Positions 19,365 through 27,571 are shown, numbered from the stretch's first letter. The stretch: 32,000 nucleotides of DNA from Prochlorococcus sp. MIT 0801 (GCF_000757865.1 NZ_CP007754.1:690001-722000); one strand, 5' to 3'. Numbers and translations: made by a program. Notes: generated from the letters alone by a model not told the origin.

Positions 19365-20254
19365 TGTGTTGGGGCAGTATAGAGGGTAATTTCCAAAAAA
19401 ATCTGACAGATATCCGAATTGCTATCGCTGGGGATTTACATGGCTCATGGAGTCAGGATGATCTAGATCTGCTTTTGGAACTGAATCCTGATGGTGTTTT
19501 ATTTGTTGGTGACTTGTCAGATGGCGATTTAAGAATTGTTCGGGGAATAAATAAAATTTCTATACCCACTTCTGTAGTACTGGGAAATCATGATAGAGGT
19601 AGAGACGGATCTGGGAATGTTTTACAAGCACAGTTGGATTTGTTAGGTGAAAAGAATTGTTCATGGAATTTATCGAAATGGGCATTAAAAGAACTTTCTG
19701 TCGTTGGAGCTAGACCTTGCAGTGGTGGGGGAGGGTTTTTCTTAACACCAGAAGTTAAATCTGTATTCGGGGAGGTCAGCCTTGATGAATCTGTCTTTAG
19801 GATTGTTTCTGCGGCTAAGTCTGCACCATTAGATTTTCCTTTATTAATACTTGCTCATTCTGGACCAGTAGGTCTTGGATCAGAGGCTTCAAGCCTTTGT
19901 GGCAGAGATTGGAAATTGCCCTCAATGGATTGGGGGGACAAAGATCTTGGTATCGCAATTGATCAAATTCGTAAATTTAGAGTTCCAGAATTAGTCGTTT
20001 TTGGCCACACTCATCATCAATTAAGAATTGGGGGGAATCGAACTAGAAAAACTTTTGCTCAAGATTTATGGGGGACTTCATATTTAAATGCAGCGTGTGT
20101 TCCAAGAAGAGGTATTGATTCTGCAGGTGAGAATTTGTGTCATTTATCTTGGGTTGAGTTCTCTAATAACAAGCTTATTCATGTATCCCACAGATGGTTT
20201 AGGAAGGATGCATCAATTGCATATAAAGAGATTTTATTAAACCAAGAAAACTAG
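19364..20254 (+). CDS. Calcineurin-like metallophosphoesterase
   Basis: IAIAGDLHG, FVGDLSD, LGNHD, AHSGP, FGHTHHQ. ATG 19364 is the only start upstream of the first metal motif. Confidence 0.8.
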   Translation: MCWGSIEGNFQKNLTDIRIAIAGDLHGSWSQDDLDLLLELNPDGVLFVGDLSDGDLRIVRGINKISIPTSVVLGNHDRGRDGSGNVLQAQLDLLGEKNCSWNLSKWALKELSVVGARPCSGGGGFFLTPEVKSVFGEVSLDESVFRIVSAAKSAPLDFPLLILAHSGPVGLGSEASSLCGRDWKLPSMDWGDKDLGIAIDQIRKFRVPELVVFGHTHHQLRIGGNRTRKTFAQDLWGTSYLNAACVPRRGIDSAGENLCHLSWVEFSNNKLIHVSHRWFRKDASIAYKEILLNQEN

Positions 20255-20293
20255 TTTTCACTATATTTCTATTTTCTTCAGATCCATTTGACT

Positions 20294-21097
20294 TTAACTT
20301 TGCTTGTTTAAATCAGGATCCTTAAATTTTCTTTCTGCGATCAAATAAGCACCAATTGCAGAGCCTATAAATCCCAAAATATTTCTCATTAAAGGCAAAA
20401 TGTCATTAGTTCTTGTTACAACAGGAGCAATGCCAAAAATTCCAAATAGCATTATCCAAAGTGGAGAAAGGAGCAAAAGCCATCCTATTGAAAATGATTC
20501 ATTTTCTTTTCTTGGAGAAGCTGCGAAACCTGCAATTATCCCTCCCAACAAAGAGGTCAATAAAGTCCATTGCCATTGTTCTTGGGGTAAGCCGGGTACA
20601 ACTTCACAACCACCACGGTCTAAGCAGGTCTCCACTGCTTGTATTGAAGCTAAGATTGCACCGTCCTCTCCATTATCTCTTACATAAAATTGGTTTCCAA
20701 ACCTAGTTTGTAATTCCACCCAAAATATTCTGGGCATGAGTGCAAAGTATGCATCTCCAACATTAAAACTGAGTAAATTTCCACCTCTTGGATCAGCGAT
20801 TATGAGTAAACTTGTCTCATCAAGATTCCAATAGTCCTTCACTGCTAAACCAGGAGTTTTCTCATATTGCGACAAAACCCTTATTTTCCACCCAGTTTCT
20901 TGTTCATAAGAATTTAGTGAGTTCTCCAAGTCTAATCTTTGTTTCTCACTAAGAGTTTTTGCGAGATCGATTATGGGTGTTTGTTCTTTTGGTAATAGTT
21001 CAGGATTATCGTATGCAAATGCGTTTCCGCCCATTGAAAACATAATCAATAGTCCCAGACAAAAAATCATGGCTCTATTAAATGATTTCTTAAGCAT
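20294..21097 (-). CDS. TPM-domain (DUF477) membrane protein, possibly Psb32/TLP18.3-related
   Basis: Signal-like N-terminus, a TPM-like block (PIIDLAKTLSEKQRLDLENSLNSYEQETGWKIRVLS), and three C-terminal hydrophobic helices. Confidence 0.6.
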   Translation of the reverse strand: MLKKSFNRAMIFCLGLLIMFSMGGNAFAYDNPELLPKEQTPIIDLAKTLSEKQRLDLENSLNSYEQETGWKIRVLSQYEKTPGLAVKDYWNLDETSLLIIADPRGGNLLSFNVGDAYFALMPRIFWVELQTRFGNQFYVRDNGEDGAILASIQAVETCLDRGGCEVVPGLPQEQWQWTLLTSLLGGIIAGFAASPRKENESFSIGWLLLLSPLWIMLFGIFGIAPVVTRTNDILPLMRNILGFIGSAIGAYLIAERKFKDPDLNKQS

Positions 21098-21129
21098 GTG
21101 CTTGATTTTCTCTGAAGGTATTCTCCATC

Positions 21130-22332
21130 ATGATTGACCCGACCGCGAGATGTCCTCAATGGTTAGTTGATCGCATTGGAGATAGTGGCGGTTCAATTAG
21201 TTTCTACAGATATATGGATTTAGTATTAAATGATCCAGATAATGGATTTTATTCAACTGGAAAATTGACTATTGGTAAGAATGGAGACTTTTGTACTTCA
21301 CCATCTTTGAATAATGATTTTGCACGTTTATTAGCTATTCAAGTAGTTGATTGGCTTCTTGATATGGAAAAATCAGGAATTGATTCGAAATTGTTATCTA
21401 TTGTTGAGGTTGGTCCAGGAGAAGGGACTTTATCAAGAGACTTGATAGTGGCTATCGCTGAAATCGAACCTGATTTAATCAGTAAAATTGAGCTTGTATT
21501 AGTTGAATTAAATGTAGGGATGAGAAGACGACAAGAAAAAGTAGTTAATAATTTGGAGGGGATAAATTATCGCTGGAGCAGTATCGAAGATCTTATCTTA
21601 AGACCAGTAACTGGTGTCGTAATTGCTAATGAAGTTTTGGATGCATTCCCAGTAGAGAGATTGGTTTTTAGTGACAATAAAGTTTTTAGGCAGGGAGTTG
21701 CTTTAAAAAAAATGAATGATGAATATTTTTTGGAGTTTGTTGACCTCAAGCCTACTTCGAGGATTGTTAAATTTTTGAAAGAATCTAATACCCTTTTGAA
21801 AATTGAGTTTCCACCAAAGGATATTTGTAATAGATGGGTCACCGAATGGCATTGTGATATCCCGAGTTGGTTTAGAAAATTGTCTAAGGTTTTAATTGAT
21901 GGCTCATTATTAGTTGTCGACTATGCGATGGAATCGAAGCGCTACTACAACGCAATGAGAAAAGACGGTACTCTTATTTCCTATAGAAATCATGTGGCAA
22001 ACTCTAATGTTTTAAAAGATGCTGGCTTTTGTGATTTGACAGCTCATCTATGTATCGAATCAACCATTAATTATGCTCTGTTTAACGGATGGAAGTTTAT
22101 GGGTGAAACCAGGCAGGGACAAGCTCTCTTGGCATTAGGACTTTCAAATTTTCTTTATTCTCTTCAAAATACTAATAATAATGATCTCTCATCGGCATTA
22201 AATCGTAGAGAGTCATTATTGAGGCTAGTTGATCCAATGGGACTGGGGGACTTTAGGTGGTTGGCTTTTCAGAAGGATAATAGTGATGAGTTGATTTTAG
22301 GAAACCGTTTTCTTGAAGAGCCAATTAACTGA
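21130..22332 (+). CDS. SAM-dependent methyltransferase, MidA/NDUFAF7-like (DUF185)
   Basis: 400 aa. N-terminal ISFYRYMDLVLNDPDNGFY and SAM motif VEVGPGEGTL. Only 32 nt separate it from the divergent upstream gene. Confidence 0.72.
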   Translation: MIDPTARCPQWLVDRIGDSGGSISFYRYMDLVLNDPDNGFYSTGKLTIGKNGDFCTSPSLNNDFARLLAIQVVDWLLDMEKSGIDSKLLSIVEVGPGEGTLSRDLIVAIAEIEPDLISKIELVLVELNVGMRRRQEKVVNNLEGINYRWSSIEDLILRPVTGVVIANEVLDAFPVERLVFSDNKVFRQGVALKKMNDEYFLEFVDLKPTSRIVKFLKESNTLLKIEFPPKDICNRWVTEWHCDIPSWFRKLSKVLIDGSLLVVDYAMESKRYYNAMRKDGTLISYRNHVANSNVLKDAGFCDLTAHLCIESTINYALFNGWKFMGETRQGQALLALGLSNFLYSLQNTNNNDLSSALNRRESLLRLVDPMGLGDFRWLAFQKDNSDELILGNRFLEEPIN

Positions 22333-23431
22333 TTTTTTGCAAGCATTCACGTATTTCTTCATTAGAAATGTTATTAAATAATTTTACATCACCAATTTTT
22401 AAGGGCATAACGAAACTTACCTTGCCGTTCTTAACTTTTTTGTCTCCTTGAAGTGAGCATAGAACACTTTCTATCTCAAGCTTGGGCCAATTAGAGGGTA
22501 AGCCTGCTTTCTCTATTAATCGTTTCTGCCTTTTCGCGTCATCCTCTTTCCAAAGTCCCCTCTGTACCGCTAACTGACCAACTGCAACCATACCCATTGC
22601 TACGGCCTCACCATGAAGCCATTTCCCATAACCGCAAAGATTTTCTATTACGTGGCCAAATGTGTGACCATAATTTAAAAATGCTCTAATTCCACTTTCC
22701 ATCTCATCTTTTATAACAATTTCTGCCTTAGATTTAGCAGAACGCTTAATTATCTCTATTAGTAGTTTTTCTTTTATGTTTGAAAGATCAGCAATATTTT
22801 CTTGCCTTTCTAGAAGATCGAATAGTTCTAAGTCTGATATAACTCCGTATTTTATTATTTCAGCCATACCTGCTTTAAACTCTCGTGATGGGAGAGTAAA
22901 TAATGTTTTAGGGTCTATTAAAACCAATCTAGGTTGATGAAAAGCACCTATAAGATTTTTACCTTTCGAATGATTTATGCCTGTTTTACCACCAATAGAA
23001 GCATCAACCATGGCAAGTAATGTTGTGGGGATTTGGACTACATTTATTCCACGCAACCATGTAGCAGCTGCAAAGCCTGTCATATCTCCAATCACGCCAC
23101 CTCCAAGTGCAATCATTAATGATCCTCTCTCTAACCTCGCTTCATATGCCGCATTGTGGATTAAATCTATAGAAGATTGATTTTTTTGATCTTCTCCAGC
23201 TTTTATTATTAAAAGCTTTGCTTTGAATTTACTTTTAATCAAACTTTTAATTATGCAATCACCATAGTGATCAGAGACTTCCTTGTTGGATACGACTAAT
23301 ATTTTTAGCCCTTCCCTAAAACCAATATTAAATAGCTCATCTCCTATGCTTTCAAGACTATTTTTTCCAATAACTATTTCGTATGGGTTGTTAGTTAGAG
23401 AGACTTTAATATGGTGGTTGTCTTTATTCAC
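22325..23431 (-). CDS. aroB: 3-dehydroquinate synthase
   Basis: GGGVIGDMTGFAAAT, metal ligands NYGHTFGHVIEN and HGEAVAMGM. The 3' end overlaps the convergent gene by 8 nt. Confidence 0.94.
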   Translation of the reverse strand: MNKDNHHIKVSLTNNPYEIVIGKNSLESIGDELFNIGFREGLKILVVSNKEVSDHYGDCIIKSLIKSKFKAKLLIIKAGEDQKNQSSIDLIHNAAYEARLERGSLMIALGGGVIGDMTGFAAATWLRGINVVQIPTTLLAMVDASIGGKTGINHSKGKNLIGAFHQPRLVLIDPKTLFTLPSREFKAGMAEIIKYGVISDLELFDLLERQENIADLSNIKEKLLIEIIKRSAKSKAEIVIKDEMESGIRAFLNYGHTFGHVIENLCGYGKWLHGEAVAMGMVAVGQLAVQRGLWKEDDAKRQKRLIEKAGLPSNWPKLEIESVLCSLQGDKKVKNGKVSFVMPLKIGDVKLFNNISNEEIRECLQKIS

Positions 23432-23703
23432 AGTTGTGAGGGTATAAATTTTTTGATGGTTTATTACATTAAATCATCAAAATATAGAAGTAATTATATG
23501 GTTGATGAACACATTTTATAAGCAAATGATATGTATTCATATACGTTAAGTATTTTTTCTGGGATCACATGGTGGAATATTCTTTGGGTTGTGAATTAAG
23601 GATGTTTTTATTAAAATCAGACTTCATAGATTATTTTATTTGATAGTGCGCGATTTTGTTATTTGCTTGCTTTCAAAGCTCTAAAAATGAGGTCTTTAAC
23701 TAA

Positions 23704-24849
23704 ATGATTGGGGTCGTGGGCGGAGGACAGCTTGCAATGCTTTTGATTGAGGCTGGAAAGAAAAGAAATGTTGATGTAGTTGTTCAGACGGCAGCTAAAA
23801 CTGATCCTGCTGCTAAAAAGACAAATCAAATCATTTTGCATGATCCTACTAATCCAGAGGGTACAAAACTTCTTGCTGAAAAGACCCGCTTGATTACTTT
23901 TGAGAATGAATGGGTTGATATCTCAAGTTTACTTTCTCTTGAAAATAATGGGGTTTCTTTTGTCCCTAGACTTCAATCAATAAGACCTTTAATTAATAAA
24001 ATAACGCAAAGAGAGCTATTAAACAGTCTTGATATTCCCTGCCCTGATTGGTTGGCTATACCACTAAAAAAATCATCAGAAATAGATCTTCCTGCAGATT
24101 GGGGATTTCCTTTAATGGCAAAAGCTGCCAAAGGTGGATATGACGGAAAAGGAACTAAAATTATTAAAAATCTAAAGCAACTTCAAGAGTTTCTATTGGT
24201 TGAAAGAGAAGAGCAATGGATGTTAGAGAAATGGATCTCTTTTGATAAGGAATTATCCATTGTTTCTAGTAGGGATTCAAAAGGAATTGTCCGTAGCTTG
24301 CCAATTGTAGAGACATATCAATCTAAACAAGTATGTGACTGGGTCCTTGCTCCCGCTGATATCAAACATGACGTTGAGCTTATGGTTAGGAATATCGCAG
24401 CGTCGTTGCTTGCCGAGTTGGAATATGTGGGAGTTATTGCTATTGAATTTTTCTATGGATCTGAAGGATTACTTGTAAATGAAATAGCTCCAAGGACTCA
24501 TAACTCAGGTCATTTTTCTATTGATGCTTGTAGCAGCAGTCAGTTTGATCAACAAATATGTATCGCCTCTGGTATTAATGTCCCCATGCCTGAAATGCTT
24601 GTTAATGGTGCTTTAATGGCAAACTTGCTTGGTTTACAAAGTAACTATGCAACATCACTTACCCAAAGATTGGATGATTTGAGGGGAATTCCCGGTTTGA
24701 ATGTTCATTGGTATGAAAAAGAGGAAGAAAAAAAGGGCAGGAAGCTTGGACACGTTACATATCTCTTGAAAAATAAGGACGCTTTGTCTAGAAAAAAAGA
24801 AGCATTAGATGTTTTACAAACCATACGTTCAATTTGGCCGACCTCTTGA
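23704..24849 (+). CDS. purK: N5-carboxyaminoimidazole ribonucleotide synthase (ATP-grasp)
   Basis: MIGVVGGGQLA N-terminus, ATP-grasp body, EIAPRTHNSGH. Confidence 0.92.
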   Translation: MIGVVGGGQLAMLLIEAGKKRNVDVVVQTAAKTDPAAKKTNQIILHDPTNPEGTKLLAEKTRLITFENEWVDISSLLSLENNGVSFVPRLQSIRPLINKITQRELLNSLDIPCPDWLAIPLKKSSEIDLPADWGFPLMAKAAKGGYDGKGTKIIKNLKQLQEFLLVEREEQWMLEKWISFDKELSIVSSRDSKGIVRSLPIVETYQSKQVCDWVLAPADIKHDVELMVRNIAASLLAELEYVGVIAIEFFYGSEGLLVNEIAPRTHNSGHFSIDACSSSQFDQQICIASGINVPMPEMLVNGALMANLLGLQSNYATSLTQRLDDLRGIPGLNVHWYEKEEEKKGRKLGHVTYLLKNKDALSRKKEALDVLQTIRSIWPTS

Positions 24850-24854
24850 TAACA

Positions 24855-25085
24855 TTTCTTTTAGATTGTTCCAGTACTGCTTTGTTGGTATAGGCCTTCT
24901 CAAGTGCTCTGATCTGACTCTCTTTCGATATGGGGAAGCTGTCGTGAAAGTGACGTATACCAGCCTGTTCTGGAAACGAAGCTCCACTTTGAATCCCCCT
25001 CTGGTTCTTCCAGGTCGATGCTTCTTGGGCCTTACGGCAAAGCGGTACTTTCTCTCAATTAGTGGGTTTAGATAACATATTAGTT
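24855..25085 (+). ncRNA. ssrS: 6S RNA (RNA polymerase-binding regulatory RNA); ends uncertain by about 20 nt
   Basis: This is the most GC-rich non-coding stretch in the window and sits immediately 3' of purK. It forms one long imperfect hairpin. Pairs seen: 24873-24884 (AGTACTGCTTTG) with 25038-25049 (CAAAGCGGTACT, one G-U), GTA 24888-90 with TAC 25033-35, AGGCC 24892-96 with GGCCT 25028-32, CAAG 24901-04 with CTTG 25024-27, and GATTG 24864-68 with CAATT 25056-60. The wobble pairs are G-U on the plus strand and would be A-C on the minus strand. As I recall, cyanobacterial 6S RNA (ssaA/Yfr7) lies downstream of purK. Confidence 0.6.
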
Positions 25086-25104
25086 TTGAATAATTAAATT
25101 ATTT

Positions 25105-25125
25105 AACCCTTATTTTAATAGGGTT
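25105..25125 (+). terminator. Weak intrinsic-terminator-like hairpin after the putative 6S RNA
   Basis: AACCCT (25105-10) pairs with AGGGTT (25120-25) around a 9-nt loop, followed by TTGGTGTTTGCATTTTT. On the minus strand it is not followed by a T-run. Confidence 0.35.
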
Positions 25126-25160
25126 TTGGTGTTTGCATTTTTCACTTTAAAAAGTTGATC

Positions 25161-25511
25161 TCAAGAGGTTAATCCTCTGGATTTGCGGACCTTTCTAAGT
25201 AGCTCATGATCTTCTCTTGCTCTTTTGTCTAGAATGGCTATATCTTTTCTAGCTTTTTTATCAACTTTTTGAATATCTTCTCTTGCTCTTTGGTCTAGGA
25301 GTGCAACATCTTTTCTTGCTCTTTGATCGATGTTTTCAAGGTCTGCTCTAGCTCGTTGATCAACATTCTCTAAATCCATTTTTGCTCTTTCTACCATGCT
25401 AGTCATTGAGTCCACCATCATTGATAAAGCGGCAGGAACTTGTTTCCCCGACGCTGAAAAAGAGGACTGGTCATTAAGATTAATACTAGTGTTTGCTTGA
25501 TTCGAAGCCAT
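25161..25511 (-). CDS. Hypothetical protein made of six 11-residue repeats, predicted amphipathic helix
   Basis: 116 aa. After a Ser/Asn-rich N-terminus the sequence reads ERAKMDLENVD, QRARADLENID, QRARKDVALLD, QRAREDIQKVD, KKARKDIAILD, KRAREDHELLR. The period is exact and the frame is preserved across all six DNA repeats. Confidence 0.6.
   Translation of the reverse strand: MASNQANTSINLNDQSSFSASGKQVPAALSMMVDSMTSMVERAKMDLENVDQRARADLENIDQRARKDVALLDQRAREDIQKVDKKARKDIAILDKRAREDHELLRKVRKSRGLTS
25209..25406 (-). repeat. Six tandem degenerate 33-bp repeats, coding
   Basis: Units start at 25209, 25242, 25275, 25308, 25341 and 25374. Plus-strand consensus is ATCTTYTCTTGCTCTTTGRTC followed by 12 variable nt. 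Each unit encodes one 11-mer of the ORF above. Confidence 0.85.
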
Positions 25512-25608
25512 AGGTTTAATTAAAATAGGCTTTTAATAGTTAGAAGCCATTTTCTTTATATTTCTATTATCTCCCTTTATTAGCCCAATAAATCAAAATC
25601 TCCTGAAC

Positions 25609-25703
25609 AAAAACGAGATGTAATAGAGAGTAAATGCTTTTGCTTGAAAAGGTCAGTATTGTCCTGTGATTCTTTTTTCAAACTTTGATGAGATCTCGTT
25701 TTT
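25609..25703. terminator. Long nested hairpin, terminator-like on both strands or a small structured RNA
   Basis: Perfect 11-nt arms AAAAACGAGAT (25609-19) and ATCTCGTTTTT (25693-703) enclose 73 nt containing an inner TTGAAAA...TTTTCAA stem. T-runs follow on both strands. It lies 34 nt downstream of the stop of the 25737..25961 minus-strand ORF. Confidence 0.4.
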
Positions 25704-25736
25704 AGACCCATTAATTTAATTTATCAAAAAACAAAA

Positions 25737-25961
25737 TCAATAGTATTTTTCTTTTGGATATAGCCTAGCTATCTTCTGCTTTTGAATTTCTCTTTCTAGA
25801 TTTTTCCTTTTTCGATCCTTATATGAATCATCATCTTCATTAAGCTTGAAAAAGACAAAATAGAACATAGCACCTGTGAAAATAAATCCAATTAATAGCA
25901 CCCAAAAGCCAATCAAACCTGTAGGAGATAAGTAGTTAATGTCAAAAGAACTATTACTCAT
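25737..25961 (-). CDS. Small single-pass membrane protein, hypothetical
   Basis: 74 aa. One clear transmembrane helix (LIGFWVLLIGFIFTGAMFYFVFF) followed by a Lys/Arg/Glu-rich tail. An A9 tract lies immediately upstream of the ATG. Confidence 0.5.
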   Translation of the reverse strand: MSNSSFDINYLSPTGLIGFWVLLIGFIFTGAMFYFVFFKLNEDDDSYKDRKRKNLEREIQKQKIARLYPKEKYY

Positions 25962-26084
25962 TTTTTTTTGCTTAAATGCTTAGTATCTATATTATCCACA
26001 ATAAATAGGAAATGATGGAGAAGCTTTTTTTTCAAAAACTTAATTTTAGGCTTTGAACTGAAAAGTTATATTCGCTTTAATAAG

Positions 26085-26115
26085 AGTTTTTACGCATTAA
26101 CACAGCGTAAAAACT
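26085..26115. other. Perfect 11-bp stem, 9-nt loop hairpin of unknown role
   Basis: AGTTTTTACGC (26085-95) and GCGTAAAAACT (26105-15). No T-run follows on either strand. It sits just upstream of a TATAAA box and the 26151 sORF. Confidence 0.4.
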
Positions 26116-26150
26116 AACTAGTATAAATTACAATATTTTTGGTTTATTAA

Positions 26151-26285
26151 ATGGAAGGAACTCATAACTATGCTATGAATCTTATAGTTCCACTAATGGG
26201 GATTGCTCCGTTGCTAATGCTATTTGTATTGAAAGGAGGAAAAAAATCAAAGGTTGAAAAGACTTGGACCAGATCAACAAACTAG
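26151..26285 (+). CDS. Candidate 44-aa membrane micro-protein, below the track's apparent size cutoff
   Basis: Hand translation gives MEGTHNYAMNLIVPLMGIAPLLMLFVLKGGKKSKVEKTWTRSTN, one hydrophobic helix then a basic tail. There is no other support. Confidence 0.3.
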   Translation: MEGTHNYAMNLIVPLMGIAPLLMLFVLKGGKKSKVEKTWTRSTN

Positions 26286-26971
26286 AAATATAAAGAATAA
26301 AACTTCATTTCCCTTGAACAAATAAGTAATTTATAAAAATATTAAAAATAAACCTGTTTAGGTGTAAATGATTTCTTATGAAATTATTTTTTAGCCTAAA
26401 CATACTTTATATTTCAGTAATCAAAGATTTATAATATTTTGTTTGATATATTATAAACCGTTAAGTAAGTTAAAACCTTAAAAATATCAAAGTAGATGAT
26501 TAATTGAAAACTCTAAGATAGGTTTGTTCGGTTTTCACTCACAGTATTGATCTCATTTTGCTATCTTATACATATTAATAAAAATTAAAAACAATTTTAA
26601 TTAATTAATTTTTTTCGTTTATTTACAAATGCATAAAACCGAAACCCAACAATTTTCAAAATTTTTTCTTAAAAATCTAAAAATAAAAAAAACATATTAC
26701 AATATTAAAAAATCTAATCTCGAAGAGAGAAGGTTATATTCATCAGATTAGTTTCTTTTTTCTCTAAAACTTTTTTCTTAGAGCTTGACTCATTAACCTT
26801 ATAATTTTTTTAACATCAGAATCTTTTATTTAATAAAGACTGAACTATTTTAACAATTTTGATTAATAGCGTGTAATTTATACTTAGTTTTCTTGTATAA
26901 TGAAAATAAGATTAAGAAAAAACGATAAATTTAAATTCATGCTATTTGTAATTTAGTTTCATTTGAGGGAT

Positions 26972-27151
26972 ATGAACAAACCCATTCAAAGAAAAACTAC
27001 TCTTAAATGGAGTTCCAATGGAGAATTATCTTCAGTTGATATGGCTAGGATTCTTGAACTTCTTGCTAACAAGGAGCTAACACAATGTGTTTTAGCGTGT
27101 GATCCCAAAAGAAAATCTTCACAGATACTATTTCAGTTAAAAGACCACTGA
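26972..27151 (+). CDS. Hypothetical small protein (59 aa from the ATG)
   Basis: The track ORF 26963..27151 begins at TTG. ATG 26972 is preceded by GAGGGA. A TATAAT box at 26896-26901 lies about 70 nt upstream. Confidence 0.4.
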   Translation: MNKPIQRKTTLKWSSNGELSSVDMARILELLANKELTQCVLACDPKRKSSQILFQLKDH

Positions 27152-27240
27152 TAAGTGAATTTACCTAAAGAAGTTTTGTTAATTTATCAATAAATTTTAT
27201 AGTTTAATAGTATGTTTAGTTACTAAATAAAATTAAAAAT

Positions 27241-27387
27241 ATGAAAACCGCTCAAGATAGATATTTTGAATGTTTAGAAGTTTGTATTGAAGATGAGCAG
27301 GGAAAATCTTGCCGTCAAGTTTGTGCACCTATATTAAATGATGATCCTTTAGATCATCCTACAGTTCCAATAATTAATAACCATTAA
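27241..27387 (+). CDS. Candidate 48-aa twin-CX3C micro-protein
   Basis: Hand translation gives MKTAQDRYFECLEVCIEDEQGKSCRQVCAPILNDDPLDHPTVPIINNH, i.e. CX3C-X8-CX3C. It is below the track's apparent size cutoff. Confidence 0.35.
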   Translation: MKTAQDRYFECLEVCIEDEQGKSCRQVCAPILNDDPLDHPTVPIINNH

Positions 27388-27571
27388 ATATTTAAGTTTA
27401 AGATTTCAAATCTAAATCTTGAAGATTATAAATTAATTCAAAAAGAAATCATAAATTTTAATATTCAATTTTTATTTTACTATTGTCTTGTTAGATATTA
27501 ATGGTCACTTTATTAATTGGAAGTTCTTAAAAGTTACTCAATTAGCTAAGATAAATAAAATTTTTTAAACC

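Noticed and set aside
20400-20706. Two overlapping plus-strand ORFs (95 and 97 aa) inside the TPM-domain gene
   Set aside because: They are mutually exclusive frames, both antisense to the better-supported minus-strand ORF, which has a signal peptide, a TPM block and transmembrane helices.
21567-21842. Minus-strand 91-aa ORF inside the MidA-like methyltransferase
   Set aside because: Antisense shadow.
22977-23180. Plus-strand 67-aa ORF inside aroB
   Set aside because: It is antisense to the aroB region encoding the conserved GGGVIGD nucleotide-binding block.
23659-23841. Minus-strand 60-aa ORF overlapping the purK start
   Set aside because: Most of it is antisense to the conserved purK N-terminus (GGGQLA). 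It is more likely a shadow than a real divergent gene.
24809-25075. Plus-strand 88-aa ORF spanning the purK stop and the GC-rich spacer
   Set aside because: It starts inside purK in another frame and runs exactly through the long hairpin I interpret as 6S RNA. The translation is Cys/Phe/Leu-rich with no motif.
24848-25078. 8-nt direct repeat GATAACAT on both sides of the putative 6S RNA
   Set aside because: It is too short to be meaningful and is probably coincidental.
24855-25085. Alternative identities for the structured RNA: SRP (4.5S) RNA, tmRNA, RNase P RNA
   Set aside because: I did not see the SRP domain IV consensus (GGAA tetraloop flanked by AGCA/GNAR loops), a tmRNA acceptor end with tag ORF, or the RNase P GAGGAAAGTCC block. 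The size and the single long-hairpin fold fit 6S better.
25078-25088. 11-nt exact repeat TATTAGTTTTG, also at 28010-28020, considered as possible att-like direct repeats flanking inserted DNA
   Set aside because: At this AT content, hundreds of 11-nt matches are expected by chance within 32 kb. There is no adjacent integrase or tRNA.
26629-26751. 40-aa plus-strand ORF (MHKTETQQFSKFFLKNLKIKKTYYNIKKSNLEERRLYSSD)
   Set aside because: Its Lys/Asn-rich low-complexity translation is what random AT-rich DNA yields. No start context or partner signal was seen.
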